Positions 39,123-49,272 of a stretch of 64,000 bases of DNA are shown here, one piece after another (the first letter of the stretch is position 1; every line of letters starts with the position of its first letter). This DNA comes from Spirochaetia bacterium (GTDB lineage Bacteria > Spirochaetota > Spirochaetia > SZUA-6 > Bin103). A program made the translations under genes and the position numbers. The stretch spans positions 256,001-320,000 of the forward strand of contig CBDAOI010000004.1 in the NCBI GenBank assembly GCA_965198005.1, read 5' to 3'. The notes under the pieces are model-generated. The model was not told where the DNA came from. It did no database searches and worked only from the letters and a program-made list of their open reading frames with translations.

Positions 39123-40667
39123 GTGAAGGACTTGGTGGCCGGTCGCCGCGAGCAGCGGCGGCAGATGCTGGCCGGCGGCGGGCCCGATCGTATCGCGGCC
39201 CAGCACGAGAAGGGCAAGCAGACCGCGCGCGAGCGGCTGGACCTGCTGCTCGACGAGCGGTCCTTCATCGAACAGCAGCCCTACGTGACGTTGCGCGCCA
39301 CCGACTTCGGGCTGGAGCGGCGCCGGAGCCTGGGCGACGGCGTGGTCACCGGCAGCGGACTGATCGCCGGGCGGCAGGTGTTCGTGGCCGCGCAGGACTT
39401 CACGGTCAACGGCGGCTCACTCGGCGAAATGCACGCCCGGCGCATCGTCGCCGCGCAGGAGGACGCGCTGATGACGCGCGTGCCGTTCATTCAGATCAAC
39501 GACTCCGGCGGCGCGCGCATTCAGGAAGGGGTGCTCTCGCTCGACGGCTACGCCCGCATCTTCCGGGCCAACACCGCGGCCTCGGGGGTCATCCCCCAGA
39601 TTTCCGTGATCCTGGGACCGTGCGCCGGCGGTGCGGTCTACTCGCCGGCGATTACCGACTTCATCTTCATGGTCGACGGCGTGAGCAACATGTTCATCAC
39701 CGGCCCGCAGGTAATCGCCACCGTGACCGGCGAACAGATCAGCCAGGCGGACCTGGGCGGACCGGCCGCGCACTGCGACCGGAGCGGGGTGGCGCACTTC
39801 CGCCACGCGACCGAGCAGGAGTGCCTGCAAGCGGTGCGCGCGCTGCTGGCCTACCTGCCGGCCAACAACGAGGAAGACCCGCCGCGGGTGGCGACCGGCG
39901 ATGACGTCGACCGCGCCACGCCCGAGCTGCTGGAGGTGATCCCGGAGGACGCGCGGCGCGGCTACGACGTCAAGGGGGTGATCGAGGCGCTGGTCGATCG
40001 CGGCAGCTTCATGGAGGTGCACGCCGGCTTCGCGGCCAACGTGGTAGTGGGCTTCGCGCGGCTGGCGGGCCGGACCGTGGGGCTGTTCGCCAATCAGCCG
40101 CAGGTGTACGCGGCGTCGCTGGACATCAATTCGTCGGACAAGGCGGCCCGCTTTCTGCGCTTCTGCGATGCGTTCAACGTCCCGATCATCTCGCTGGTGG
40201 ACGTGCCGGGGTTCCTGCCGGGCGTGGCTCAGGAGCACGGCGGGATCATCCGCCACGGCGCCAAGATCCTGTATGCGATCGCCGAGGCGACGGTGCCCAA
40301 GGTGGCGGTGATCCTGCGCAAGGCCTACGGCGGTGCCTTCATCGCCATGGCCTCCAAGTCGCTGGGCTACGATCGGGTGCTCGCCCTTCCGGGCGCCGAG
40401 GTGGCGGTGATGGGGGCGGAGGGGGCCGCCAACGTCATCTTTGCGCGCGACATCAAGGGCGCCGACGACCCGGACCAAATGCGTGCGCAGAAGATCGGGG
40501 AGTTCCGCGAGACGGTGATGAATCCCTACATCGCCGCCGGTTACGGGTTCGTGGACGACGTGATCGATCCGGCCGCGGCGCGCGCCGAGCTGGTGCGGTC
40601 GGTTGAGATGTTCGCGCGCAAGCGCGGGTCGCGGCCGGCGCGCAAGCACGGCAACATTCCGCTGTAG
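39123..40667 (+). CDS. mmdA: Acyl-CoA carboxyltransferase (methylmalonyl-CoA decarboxylase alpha subunit)
   Basis: DSGGARIQEG, GPCAGGAVYSPA, DVPGFLPG, RKAYGGA and KHGNIPL. Confidence 0.88.
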   Translation: MKDLVAGRREQRRQMLAGGGPDRIAAQHEKGKQTARERLDLLLDERSFIEQQPYVTLRATDFGLERRRSLGDGVVTGSGLIAGRQVFVAAQDFTVNGGSLGEMHARRIVAAQEDALMTRVPFIQINDSGGARIQEGVLSLDGYARIFRANTAASGVIPQISVILGPCAGGAVYSPAITDFIFMVDGVSNMFITGPQVIATVTGEQISQADLGGPAAHCDRSGVAHFRHATEQECLQAVRALLAYLPANNEEDPPRVATGDDVDRATPELLEVIPEDARRGYDVKGVIEALVDRGSFMEVHAGFAANVVVGFARLAGRTVGLFANQPQVYAASLDINSSDKAARFLRFCDAFNVPIISLVDVPGFLPGVAQEHGGIIRHGAKILYAIAEATVPKVAVILRKAYGGAFIAMASKSLGYDRVLALPGAEVAVMGAEGAANVIFARDIKGADDPDQMRAQKIGEFRETVMNPYIAAGYGFVDDVIDPAAARAELVRSVEMFARKRGSRPARKHGNIPL

Positions 40668-40684
40668 GGCTGGGTACGGCTGCC

Positions 40685-40945
40685 GTGGCTCAGAGCTCGC
40701 TGGCCTACGCCGGCGTGGTGACCATCCTCGGGATGGGCGTGGTGTTCTCGTTTCTCGCCCTGCTGAGCGCCGGGATGATGGGGCTGCGGCGGTTCAGCCG
40801 CGCCGCCGGGGCGGTGGATGGCGGCACGGCTGCGCGCCACGACGCACCCTGGGTCGCGGCGGCGGTGGCGGCCTATCTGGCCGGTACCGGCGAGCTGGGC
40901 GAAGTGAGCGCGGCGCCGTGGGACCCGGCGCGGAGACACTGGTGA
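40685..40945 (+). CDS. OadG/MmdD-like membrane subunit
   Basis: TILGMGVVFSFLALL...VAAAVAAY. Confidence 0.8.
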   Translation: MAQSSLAYAGVVTILGMGVVFSFLALLSAGMMGLRRFSRAAGAVDGGTAARHDAPWVAAAVAAYLAGTGELGEVSAAPWDPARRHW

Positions 40946-41430
40946 CGCAGACGGTTGCGTTTCGGTACGAGGGCCGGTCCTACACCGTGCAGGTGGAGCG
41001 CACCGGCAATGAGCTGGTGATCGAGCACGATGGGCAGTGCTACCAGGTGACGCTGACCGCCGCCGGCATGCGGGCGAATGCGCAGGTTGCCGCTTCGGCC
41101 GCGGCCCCGGTCACGCTGCCGCCCACGGCATCGGCAGGTGCGGCCGTTGCGCCTGCCCCTGCGCCGGCCGCCGCACCCGCCGCCAGTGCCGCCCTCGCCG
41201 CGTCCGCTCCCGCGCCGGGCGCGGTGGTGGCGCCGATGACCGGCACCATGCGCGAGGTGCGCACCGAGGTCGGCGCGCAGGTGACGGAGGGGCAGGTGCT
41301 GTTCATCATGGAAGCGATGAAGATGGATATCGAAGTGCCGGTCGCCGGCGCCGGGTCGGTGGCCGCGATCGCCGTGCAGGCCGGCGACAGCATAACCGAG
41401 GGCCAGGTGCTGGCGCGCATCGGCGGCTGA
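40942..41430 (+). CDS. Biotin carboxyl carrier subunit
   Basis: Ala/Pro linker and EAMKM biotinylation site. Confidence 0.92.
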   Translation: MTQTVAFRYEGRSYTVQVERTGNELVIEHDGQCYQVTLTAAGMRANAQVAASAAAPVTLPPTASAGAAVAPAPAPAAAPAASAALAASAPAPGAVVAPMTGTMREVRTEVGAQVTEGQVLFIMEAMKMDIEVPVAGAGSVAAIAVQAGDSITEGQVLARIGG

Positions 41431-41433
41431 CCC

Positions 41434-42606
41434 ATGCCGCTGGGCGTTCTGATCCGTGACTTCTTCGCCAGCAGCGGCGTGGCCGGACTGGCCGCGCTGG
41501 GACCGGACTGGTGGCGCCCCCTGGTGATGCTGGGCGTGGGCGGCCTGCTGATCTACCTGGCCATCGCCAAGGAGTACGAGCCGCTCCTGCTGATTCCGAT
41601 CGGGTTCGCGGCGATCCTGGTCAACCTGCCGCTGACCGAGCTGTTCCACGGCACGGTGCCGCTGCTCGACCAACTCCTCGGCGGGGCGGACGCCGGGCTC
41701 CTGGACTACGTCTTCTTCGGCCTCTCCACCGGGGTGTTCCCACCGCTGATCTTCCTCGGCCTGGGGGCGATGACCGACTTCAGCCCGCTGCTGGCCAAGC
41801 CGCAGACATTCCTGCTGGGCGCGGCCGCCCAGTTCGGGATCTTCGGCACTCTGCTGGCCGCGCAGGGGCTGGGCTTCACCTTCCCCGAGGCCGCCTCCAT
41901 CGCCATCATCGGCGGCGCCGACGGCCCGACCGCAATCTACCTCACCTCGCGCCTGGCCGATCATCTGCTGGGCGCGGTGGCGGTAGCGGCCTACTCGTAC
42001 ATGGCGCTGGTGCCGATCATTCAGCCGCCGATCATCCGGCTGCTGACCACGAAGCGGGAGCGGGCGGTGGTGATGTCGGAGGTGCCGCCGGTGCCGCGCA
42101 CCATCCGCATCCTGTTCCCCATCGCCATCACCCTCGCCGCGGCCCTGCTGGTACCCCCTTCGACGCCGCTGATCGGCATGCTGATGTTCGGCAACCTGCT
42201 GCGCGAGGCGGGCGTGGTGGAGCGGCTGTCCAAGGCGGCCCAGAACGAGCTGACCAACCTGATCACCATCTTCCTCGGGCTGGCGGTGGGGTCCAAGCTC
42301 ACCGCGGCCGAGTTTCTCACCACCGACACCTTGCTGATCATCGGCCTCGGGCTGGCCGCGTTCTCCGTCGGCACCGCCTCGGGGGTGCTGCTCGGCAAGC
42401 TGCTCTACCTGCTGTCCGGCGGCAAGGTGAACCCGATGATCGGCGCCGCCGGCGTATCGGCCGTGCCGATGGCGGCGCGCGTGGTGCAGCGCATGGGCCA
42501 GCGCGAGAACCCGAGCAACTTCCTGTTGATGAACGCCATCGGCCCCAACTACGCCGGCGTGATCGGCTCCGCGGTCGCCGCCGGCGTCCTCATGGCGATG
42601 GCCTGA
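41434..42606 (+). CDS. Na+-translocating decarboxylase beta subunit (OadB/MmdB)
   Basis: EPLLLIPIGF, GAMTDF, IIGGADGPT, AAYSYMALVP and GVSAVPMAARV. Confidence 0.95.
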   Translation: MPLGVLIRDFFASSGVAGLAALGPDWWRPLVMLGVGGLLIYLAIAKEYEPLLLIPIGFAAILVNLPLTELFHGTVPLLDQLLGGADAGLLDYVFFGLSTGVFPPLIFLGLGAMTDFSPLLAKPQTFLLGAAAQFGIFGTLLAAQGLGFTFPEAASIAIIGGADGPTAIYLTSRLADHLLGAVAVAAYSYMALVPIIQPPIIRLLTTKRERAVVMSEVPPVPRTIRILFPIAITLAAALLVPPSTPLIGMLMFGNLLREAGVVERLSKAAQNELTNLITIFLGLAVGSKLTAAEFLTTDTLLIIGLGLAAFSVGTASGVLLGKLLYLLSGGKVNPMIGAAGVSAVPMAARVVQRMGQRENPSNFLLMNAIGPNYAGVIGSAVAAGVLMAMA

Positions 42607-42619
42607 GCGGACCGGCACG

Positions 42620-43882
42620 GTGCCTCTCGACCCGCGCGCCATCATCACCAACGGCGAGAACGCCAAGACCGAGTTCAAGCGCGACGACCGCAACCTGCGC
42701 CCCGAGCATCTGGCCCGCGCGATCGTCGCCTTTGCCAACATGAACGGCGGCATGCTCGTGCTCGGGGTGGACGACGATGGCACGGTTTCGGGGGTATCCC
42801 GAACCAACCTCCAGGCTTGGCTGATGGACACCGTGATCGGGCGCTACGTCGATCCGCAGCTCATCCCCGACTACGAGGAGTTCGTGCTGGACGGCAAGCC
42901 GATCGCCGTCGTGACTGTATCCGCGGGGGCCGCCAAGCCGTACGGCGTGCGCCAGCAGGACCGGATCGATTACTACCTCCGACTCGGCGACACGGTCCAG
43001 CGCGCCGGCCGCGAGCAGATGGCACGCCTGTTTCAGTCCGGCGGCCTGGTGTCGGTGGAAAAGATGCCGGTGCACGGGAGTTCGTTGGCCGATCTCGACA
43101 TGCGCCGCCTGGAAGACTACTTCCTGAACATCCTGGGCGAGGACGCGGTGGACGATTGGCCGCGGACTCTGCTCAACCGCGACCTGCTGATTGCCGACGA
43201 GTGGCGGCCTGAGGTGAGTTGCTGTTCTTTCGCCGCGTGTGTGCTGTTCGGGCGGGAGCCCCGGCGCCGCATGCCGCAGGCCGGAATCCGGCTGCTGGTG
43301 TTTCCCGGAACCGACCTGGACTACGACGCCAGCCTGGACGAAGTGCTCGACCTCCCCTTTGTTGGCCTGAAGGAGCGCCGGGAGCGGGAGTTCATCGAGC
43401 AGTCGCTGCCCAGCCGCGTGCTCAGCTACCTGCAACCCCACGTCAGCCGCGAGCGCCTGGACGGAATGCAGCGGCGCCGGCATTGGGACTACCCCAAGGA
43501 AGTCATTCGCGAACTGCTGGTGAACGCCTTCGCGCACCGCGATTGGACCCGCCCCACCGACGTGCAGCTCACCGTGTTCGCCGACCGCCTCGAAGTGCAC
43601 AGCCCCGGCGCCCTGCCCAACGGCGTGACGGTGGAGAAGGCCACGGAAGGCCTGCGCGTCCCGCGGAACCCCAACATCGTCAACATCCTGCGCGACTACG
43701 AGTTCATGGAGCACCGCGGCATGGGCATCCGCCGCACGGTAATTCCCCTGACCCGCGCCCACAACGGCACCACCCCCGACTTCGAGGCCACCGAAGACTA
43801 CTTCAAAGTCACCCTCCGCAAGGGCGCGCGCCCCGAGGGTGCCGGTAGCGGCGTACGGGCGGGTTACGGTACCCTTCCGTAA
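42620..43882 (+). CDS. AlbA_2 (Schlafen-like) plus RecG-C/HATPase-like protein
   Basis: EFKRD, AFANMNGG, ELLVNAFAHRDW, SPGALP and RNPNI. Confidence 0.87.
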   Translation: MPLDPRAIITNGENAKTEFKRDDRNLRPEHLARAIVAFANMNGGMLVLGVDDDGTVSGVSRTNLQAWLMDTVIGRYVDPQLIPDYEEFVLDGKPIAVVTVSAGAAKPYGVRQQDRIDYYLRLGDTVQRAGREQMARLFQSGGLVSVEKMPVHGSSLADLDMRRLEDYFLNILGEDAVDDWPRTLLNRDLLIADEWRPEVSCCSFAACVLFGREPRRRMPQAGIRLLVFPGTDLDYDASLDEVLDLPFVGLKERREREFIEQSLPSRVLSYLQPHVSRERLDGMQRRRHWDYPKEVIRELLVNAFAHRDWTRPTDVQLTVFADRLEVHSPGALPNGVTVEKATEGLRVPRNPNIVNILRDYEFMEHRGMGIRRTVIPLTRAHNGTTPDFEATEDYFKVTLRKGARPEGAGSGVRAGYGTLP

Positions 43883-43893
43883 CGGGCGAATCC

Positions 43894-45285
43894 ATGAAGT
43901 TTCGATTCAAGAACCTCGGCCCAATTCAGGAGGCCGATCTGGAGCTCGGAGACCTTACCATCATCGCCGGCCGCAACAACACCGGCAAGACCTACCTCGC
44001 GTACGCTCTGTACGGCTTCCTCAAACGATGGCAATGGCCGTCGGCGAGCGTTTCTGATCTCCTGCGCCAAGAGGGCATGGAGCGCCACTTGGGTTCATCA
44101 GCATTCGCAGCCTTCCACAGGGGCTATACGATGAGTGCAGTAGATCGGCGTGAGCTTGACAAGCGGCGATCGGACGTGGCAAGAGCAATGGCTCGTGCAT
44201 TCTCACAGTCGGAATTAGCCCAAGTATTCAGTTCGGAGCGCGGCAGATTCGAAGGTGCTTCAGTCGAGTTGAGATCTGGCCTTCCTGAAGACGTACTACC
44301 AGCACATCTGCGTGATTCGTCCGGCGTCAATTATCGGATTCACTGGGAAGACGACCAGATCACCATATCAGTCGATGCTCCGCAGGGACAGCGGGTCAAG
44401 AAGGGACCAGCCATATTCGCCTTGGAGATGCTCTATTACAGATTCCTGTTTCCGGAGCTTGAAATCGAGCCATTCGTACTGTCATCCGAGCGCTTCGGTA
44501 TCTCCTTGTTTTATCGAGAGCTCGACTTCACCAAGAACAATCTGGTTGATCTGCTGCAAAGGATGCGTGATGAGAGCAACCCGGACCAATCCGATCCATT
44601 CCTTCTGATAGACAGGACGACCAGCCGATATGCCTTGCCCGTGAAGGACAACATCGACTACACGCGAAGTATCCCGGACCTCCAAGGCGCAAAGAGTGAA
44701 CTCTCCGAGCACAAACTGCCGACCGAACTGAGACGGCTGACGAACGCGTCCTACAAGAGCTCTGGCGATAGCATTGCGCTCACGTCGACCGCCCGCGGCC
44801 GGCGGCACTTCAGCATACCCCTGCACTTGGCATCCTCGTCAGCCCGTGGGTTGTCCGATCTCTACTTCTTCCTCCAGCACGTCGCTCGCGACAATCACCT
44901 GCTGATCATTGATGAGCCAGAAAGTCATCTTGATACGAAAAACCAGATCCTGATGGCCCGTCTGTTGGTCCGTTGTGTGCATGCAGGCCTGAAAGTCCTG
45001 ATCACTACCCACAGTGACTACCTCGTGAAGGAACTCAACAACCTGATCATGCTCAGCCGCGATTTTGAAGGCAAGGAAGACTTGCTCAAGAAGCTCAAGT
45101 ACGACCCTGACGATGTTCTGGACCCAAGTCAGATTCGTGCCTATGTTGCTGAAAAAGGTGCCTTGACCGCCTGCAGCGTAGACAAGTTCGGCATGGATAT
45201 GCCGAACTTCGATAGTACCATAGACGACATCAATCGAGTAACGAATGAGATCTCGTCGCGGATCTTCGACAGCGAGGAATCGTGA
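43894..45285 (+). CDS. ABC-type (AAA_21/AAA_15) ATPase
   Basis: GRNNTGKT, ASSSARGL, IIDEPESHL and ITTHS. Confidence 0.9.
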   Translation: MKFRFKNLGPIQEADLELGDLTIIAGRNNTGKTYLAYALYGFLKRWQWPSASVSDLLRQEGMERHLGSSAFAAFHRGYTMSAVDRRELDKRRSDVARAMARAFSQSELAQVFSSERGRFEGASVELRSGLPEDVLPAHLRDSSGVNYRIHWEDDQITISVDAPQGQRVKKGPAIFALEMLYYRFLFPELEIEPFVLSSERFGISLFYRELDFTKNNLVDLLQRMRDESNPDQSDPFLLIDRTTSRYALPVKDNIDYTRSIPDLQGAKSELSEHKLPTELRRLTNASYKSSGDSIALTSTARGRRHFSIPLHLASSSARGLSDLYFFLQHVARDNHLLIIDEPESHLDTKNQILMARLLVRCVHAGLKVLITTHSDYLVKELNNLIMLSRDFEGKEDLLKKLKYDPDDVLDPSQIRAYVAEKGALTACSVDKFGMDMPNFDSTIDDINRVTNEISSRIFDSEES

Positions 45286-45854
45286 GCGTAAGATTGAACG
45301 ATCAACTGGAGGCGATCCTTCTTGTCGATCGGCTGCGCAGCGTCGCATCGAACCGCGTAACTCTCCGCGAACGTCGTGCGAACATGTCGATCGAGGTAAC
45401 CGGTGTAGAATGGCGTGCCACGACGATCAACATCCACAGGCTCGGCGGCTTTTCCGGGTTAAGCAAAGGTGATTGGAACCAGAGATGTGACTACCTCATA
45501 GTGGTTGACAAGGGAGCCTCATACAGCGCCGCGTTCATCGAGTTGAAGAAGAACCTGGACGAGGCCTGCAAACCACTGGAGCAACTGCGTCGGTCTTTAC
45601 CGTTCCTGGAGTACCTGCGCTCGCTGTGCTGCATCCATTTCGGAGATGCCGCTCCGTCAGATGTCGAGGTCCGCTACGCGGTGATCGGGGAAAGGGGGCA
45701 ACTGCGACTGGACAAGCAGGCCGTGAAGGCGAGACCGGGACAGCCCGCTTGGACCAAGCCGCATCGTGGGATTTCGGTGTCAGCCTTCCTCGGGCCGACC
45801 GTTCCTCTGGCGGCCCTGGTCGGCGTTCAGGGGTCTGAACGGGCCGGACAATGA
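45282..45854 (+). CDS. Hypothetical protein with PD-(D/E)XK-like motif
   Basis: RCDYLIV...FIELKK...EQL; GTGA overlap with the ATPase. Confidence 0.7.
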   Translation: MSVRLNDQLEAILLVDRLRSVASNRVTLRERRANMSIEVTGVEWRATTINIHRLGGFSGLSKGDWNQRCDYLIVVDKGASYSAAFIELKKNLDEACKPLEQLRRSLPFLEYLRSLCCIHFGDAAPSDVEVRYAVIGERGQLRLDKQAVKARPGQPAWTKPHRGISVSAFLGPTVPLAALVGVQGSERAGQ

Positions 45855-45879
45855 GTGAGTCGCCGATAAAGCCGCGGCT

Positions 45880-46010
45880 TCATCGACGATCCGGAGTTCG
45901 TGGCGATTATCCGCCGCGATCTCGAGAAGGGTCAGCACCGGGGCGTCCCCGGAACCACCCAGTACTTCACCACGGCGTTCTTTCACCGCCCGGACGAGCT
46001 CGCCGCCGCC
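45880..46010 (+). pseudogene. SAM-dependent methyltransferase fragment
   Basis: DDPEFVAIIRRDLEKGQHRG...YFTTAFFHRPDELAA. Confidence 0.45.
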
Positions 46011-46280
46011 TCTCACTTCGCCGCCGTCGCCGCCCGCGTCCGTTGACCAATCGCACATCACGCCTTAGCCTGGAAACGTGGTGGTGGTGGACCGACCGCC
46101 TGACGTTCTCCCCACGCGGACGGGTCAGGCGCTGTTTATGCGCCTGCGACCGGCGTCCCGGGTTCGTTCTGCGCCTGGCTGCAATTCGGGAACCCGCGTA
46201 GTGGGAACCCGACCGTCCATGATGTCCGAGTGCAACGACTTGCGAGCGTTGCGATAGAAGAGCTGTCCTCAACGAGCGAT

Positions 46281-49238
46281 ATGCGGAGTATTCGTCATCC
46301 GATCCATCGCCGTTTCGACGCCGAGGACCTCGTGCGACTCCGCCGGTCATCCGAGCGACGGCGGTACGCGGCATCGCAACGGCTGGGGCGCATCGATCCC
46401 AACCCACACCAGATCGACGCGGTGATGTTCGCCCTGCGGCGGATACCCGAGGGCGGCTGTATTCTCGCCGACGAGGTGGGGTTGGGCAAGACGATCGAGG
46501 CCGGTCTCGTGGTTGCCCAGCTCATGGCCGAGGGCGCCGATCGTATCCTCATCGTCGTTCCCAAGCCGCTCCTGGGCCAGTGGCAGGAGGAGCTCTACAC
46601 CCTGTTCGGCATCTCCGCCCGCGAGGCTGCCGACACGGTATGCGACGTCACGGCGCCCGGCGTGTTCCTGGTCGGGCGTGAGTACGCGGGCAGCGTCACC
46701 GGTTCGGGACGACTGGCGACTGCGCCGCCGTTCGACCTGTGTGTCATCGACGAGGCGCACGAGATGTTCGCCGGCATCTACAAACGCTTCGACCGCTTTG
46801 GCGCGTACGACGAGAGCAGCGCCGCGGCGCAGACGGCGCACCGGGTTCGCAAGCTGATCGGTCCGGCGCCGGTCCTGCTGCTGACGGCCACGCCGATTCA
46901 GAACTCGCTCGCCGAATTGTGGGGGTTGCTGCACTACGTCGAGCCCACCGGGACGCTGGTGGGCTCGTTGGCGACCTTCAAGGCGCTGTTCTGTGCAGGG
47001 CAGGATGGTCGGCGGCTGGTTCCCGAACAGGCACCGGAACTCCGGCGACGGCTTGCCGAAGTGGTGCAGCGGACGCTTCGCCGCCAGGCGCAGGAGTTCC
47101 TGGACAAGCCCTTCGTCGGCCGCCGCGCCGAACTCTACGAGTACTCGATGAGTCCCGACGAGAAACAGCTCTATGACGACGTGACGAACTACCTCTTGTC
47201 CCCCAGCCTCAACGCGTTCCAGGGTCGTTCGCGGCAACTGTTGCTGATCGGTTTTCATCGGCTCATGGCGTCGTCCACCGCGGCGTTGGCGAACAGTCTG
47301 GAACGGGTGGCAGACCGACTGCGGCGGATGCGTCAGGGGTCGCCTGCTGCCGAACCTGCCCGCGTCATCGAACCGCTTACCAGCGATCTCGATGACGATG
47401 AACTGTCGGCAATCGAGGATGATCCGGTCGTCGAGAGCGCGACGACGATCGGCCGCGAGCTGACCCTGGTCGAGGACTTCGTTCGCCGCGCCCGCTGTCT
47501 CCCACACGACAGCAAGGCGCATAGCCTGGTCAAGGTCGTGCGCTCCATCGGCGACCGGCGCGGCGGGAACGCCAAGCTCGTGGTGTTCACTGAATCGCTG
47601 ACGACGCAACAGTATCTTCGCGACTTGCTGATCGAACACGCCGCACTCGACGAGAGCGAGATCACCTTGTTCCGCGGCCACAACGACTCGCCGCGCGCGC
47701 GGCAGGCGCTGCGTCGCTGGCAGGAAGAGGTCGGCAGGCACCTTCCGGCGCACCGTCTACCGAGTCCGGACATCGCCGTGCGGCTGGCGCTAGTGCACGA
47801 GTTCAAGACCCGTTCGCGCGTGCTCATCGCTACCGAAGCGGGTGCCAAGGGCCTCAACCTGCAGTTCTGCGACACCATCGTCAACTACGACCTCCCGTGG
47901 AACCCACAGCGCATCGAGCAACGGATCGGCCGCTGCCATCGCTACGGTCAGAAGCGCGACGTGACGGTCGTCAACTTCCTGGCCAAGGACAACGAGACAC
48001 AGCGGCTGACGCTGGAGATACTGACGCAGAAGCTCGACCTGTTCGGCGACGTGCTGGACATGTCCGATTCGGTGCTGCACGAGGCGCGGTCGAACCGGTC
48101 GGAGGAATTGACCACCGCCCTGGGCGCGGACTTCGAGCAGCAGCTCAACCGAATTTGGGAGCGCGCCCGTTCGGTCGACGAAGTCGAGGAGGAACTGCGC
48201 CGCCTTCGGGAATGCATGGAGGACCGGCGCCGGGAACTGGACCGGATGCGGGACCATACGACCGGCCTCATCGAGACTCGTTTGGATGACTCCGTGCAGC
48301 AGGTGTTCCGGCGCATCGCCGACGAACTGCCCGCCACGCTCGCCGCATTGGATGCCGACCTTGAGCGGATCGTTACCGACTACCTGCGGGCCAACGGAGT
48401 CGACCATGCCACCGAAGTTCAGAAACGGAGGCGGCTGATCCGCATCCCCGCTTCCGAGCGGCTTCCCGGTGCGCTGTCGGAAGGACTCTCGGTCGCGGCC
48501 GGCCAGGCGGATGCGTTGCAAGAGGTCGATGCCCTGCACGTCGCCCATCCGCTCGTGCAGGCTGCGATTGACGATGCTCGACGGAGAGGAGCCGGAACGT
48601 TTTCGGTGCGGTTCCGTCTCACGGCGCAGGCGCCGGAGGTGCTGAAGCAGCGCCGAGGGTCACGGGGACGCTTGGCGTTGAGCCGCATCTCGCATCGGGG
48701 TTTCGAGCGCGAGGATCGCTTGGTAGCGACCGCCGTGTTCGAAGATTCGGCAGTCCTGCGGCCGGCCGAAGCAGCGCTGGAGTTGCTCGGTATGCCGTGC
48801 GAAGATCTGCCGGCTGCGCTCGGCGACCTGTCCGTGGCCGCCGGCGACCTGGACGAAGTGGTAGACGAAGAACTGTTCTCCGATCAAACACATGCCGCCC
48901 ACGCGGAAACGAAGGCATTCTCTCGTGCTCTGGACCAGCTCGACCAGTACGTCGAAGATCGACTGCTGGTGCTGCGGCGCGGTCAGCGGGAAATCTCGGA
49001 TCAGCTCAAGCAGGCCGAGGAACGGCGCGACGCAGCGTTGGGCGCCGATGCTCGCAGCCGAGCCGAGGACCGCATCCGGCGCCTGGAACTCGAGCTGAGC
49101 GACGCCGAAGATCGGATCGAACGGCTCGCGGCCCGAGATGACAGCGACTATGAGCGTTGGCGGTCGGCCGCCCACCGCCGCCGGTACCAACCGCCGCAGG
49201 CTGCACGGCTGTTCGACCTGGAGTTCGTCATCGCATGA
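46281..49238 (+). CDS. SNF2-family helicase with long C-terminal extension (ORF open from GTG 46230)
   Basis: LADEVGLGKT, DEAH, LTATPIQN, TEAGAKGLNLQF, NYDLPWNP and QRIGRCHRYGQ. Confidence 0.94.
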   Translation: MRSIRHPIHRRFDAEDLVRLRRSSERRRYAASQRLGRIDPNPHQIDAVMFALRRIPEGGCILADEVGLGKTIEAGLVVAQLMAEGADRILIVVPKPLLGQWQEELYTLFGISAREAADTVCDVTAPGVFLVGREYAGSVTGSGRLATAPPFDLCVIDEAHEMFAGIYKRFDRFGAYDESSAAAQTAHRVRKLIGPAPVLLLTATPIQNSLAELWGLLHYVEPTGTLVGSLATFKALFCAGQDGRRLVPEQAPELRRRLAEVVQRTLRRQAQEFLDKPFVGRRAELYEYSMSPDEKQLYDDVTNYLLSPSLNAFQGRSRQLLLIGFHRLMASSTAALANSLERVADRLRRMRQGSPAAEPARVIEPLTSDLDDDELSAIEDDPVVESATTIGRELTLVEDFVRRARCLPHDSKAHSLVKVVRSIGDRRGGNAKLVVFTESLTTQQYLRDLLIEHAALDESEITLFRGHNDSPRARQALRRWQEEVGRHLPAHRLPSPDIAVRLALVHEFKTRSRVLIATEAGAKGLNLQFCDTIVNYDLPWNPQRIEQRIGRCHRYGQKRDVTVVNFLAKDNETQRLTLEILTQKLDLFGDVLDMSDSVLHEARSNRSEELTTALGADFEQQLNRIWERARSVDEVEEELRRLRECMEDRRRELDRMRDHTTGLIETRLDDSVQQVFRRIADELPATLAALDADLERIVTDYLRANGVDHATEVQKRRRLIRIPASERLPGALSEGLSVAAGQADALQEVDALHVAHPLVQAAIDDARRRGAGTFSVRFRLTAQAPEVLKQRRGSRGRLALSRISHRGFEREDRLVATAVFEDSAVLRPAEAALELLGMPCEDLPAALGDLSVAAGDLDEVVDEELFSDQTHAAHAETKAFSRALDQLDQYVEDRLLVLRRGQREISDQLKQAEERRDAALGADARSRAEDRIRRLELELSDAEDRIERLAARDDSDYERWRSAAHRRRYQPPQAARLFDLEFVIA

Positions 49239-49272
49239 CCGGACCGACGTGAACGGGCACAAGGGAGTGAAC

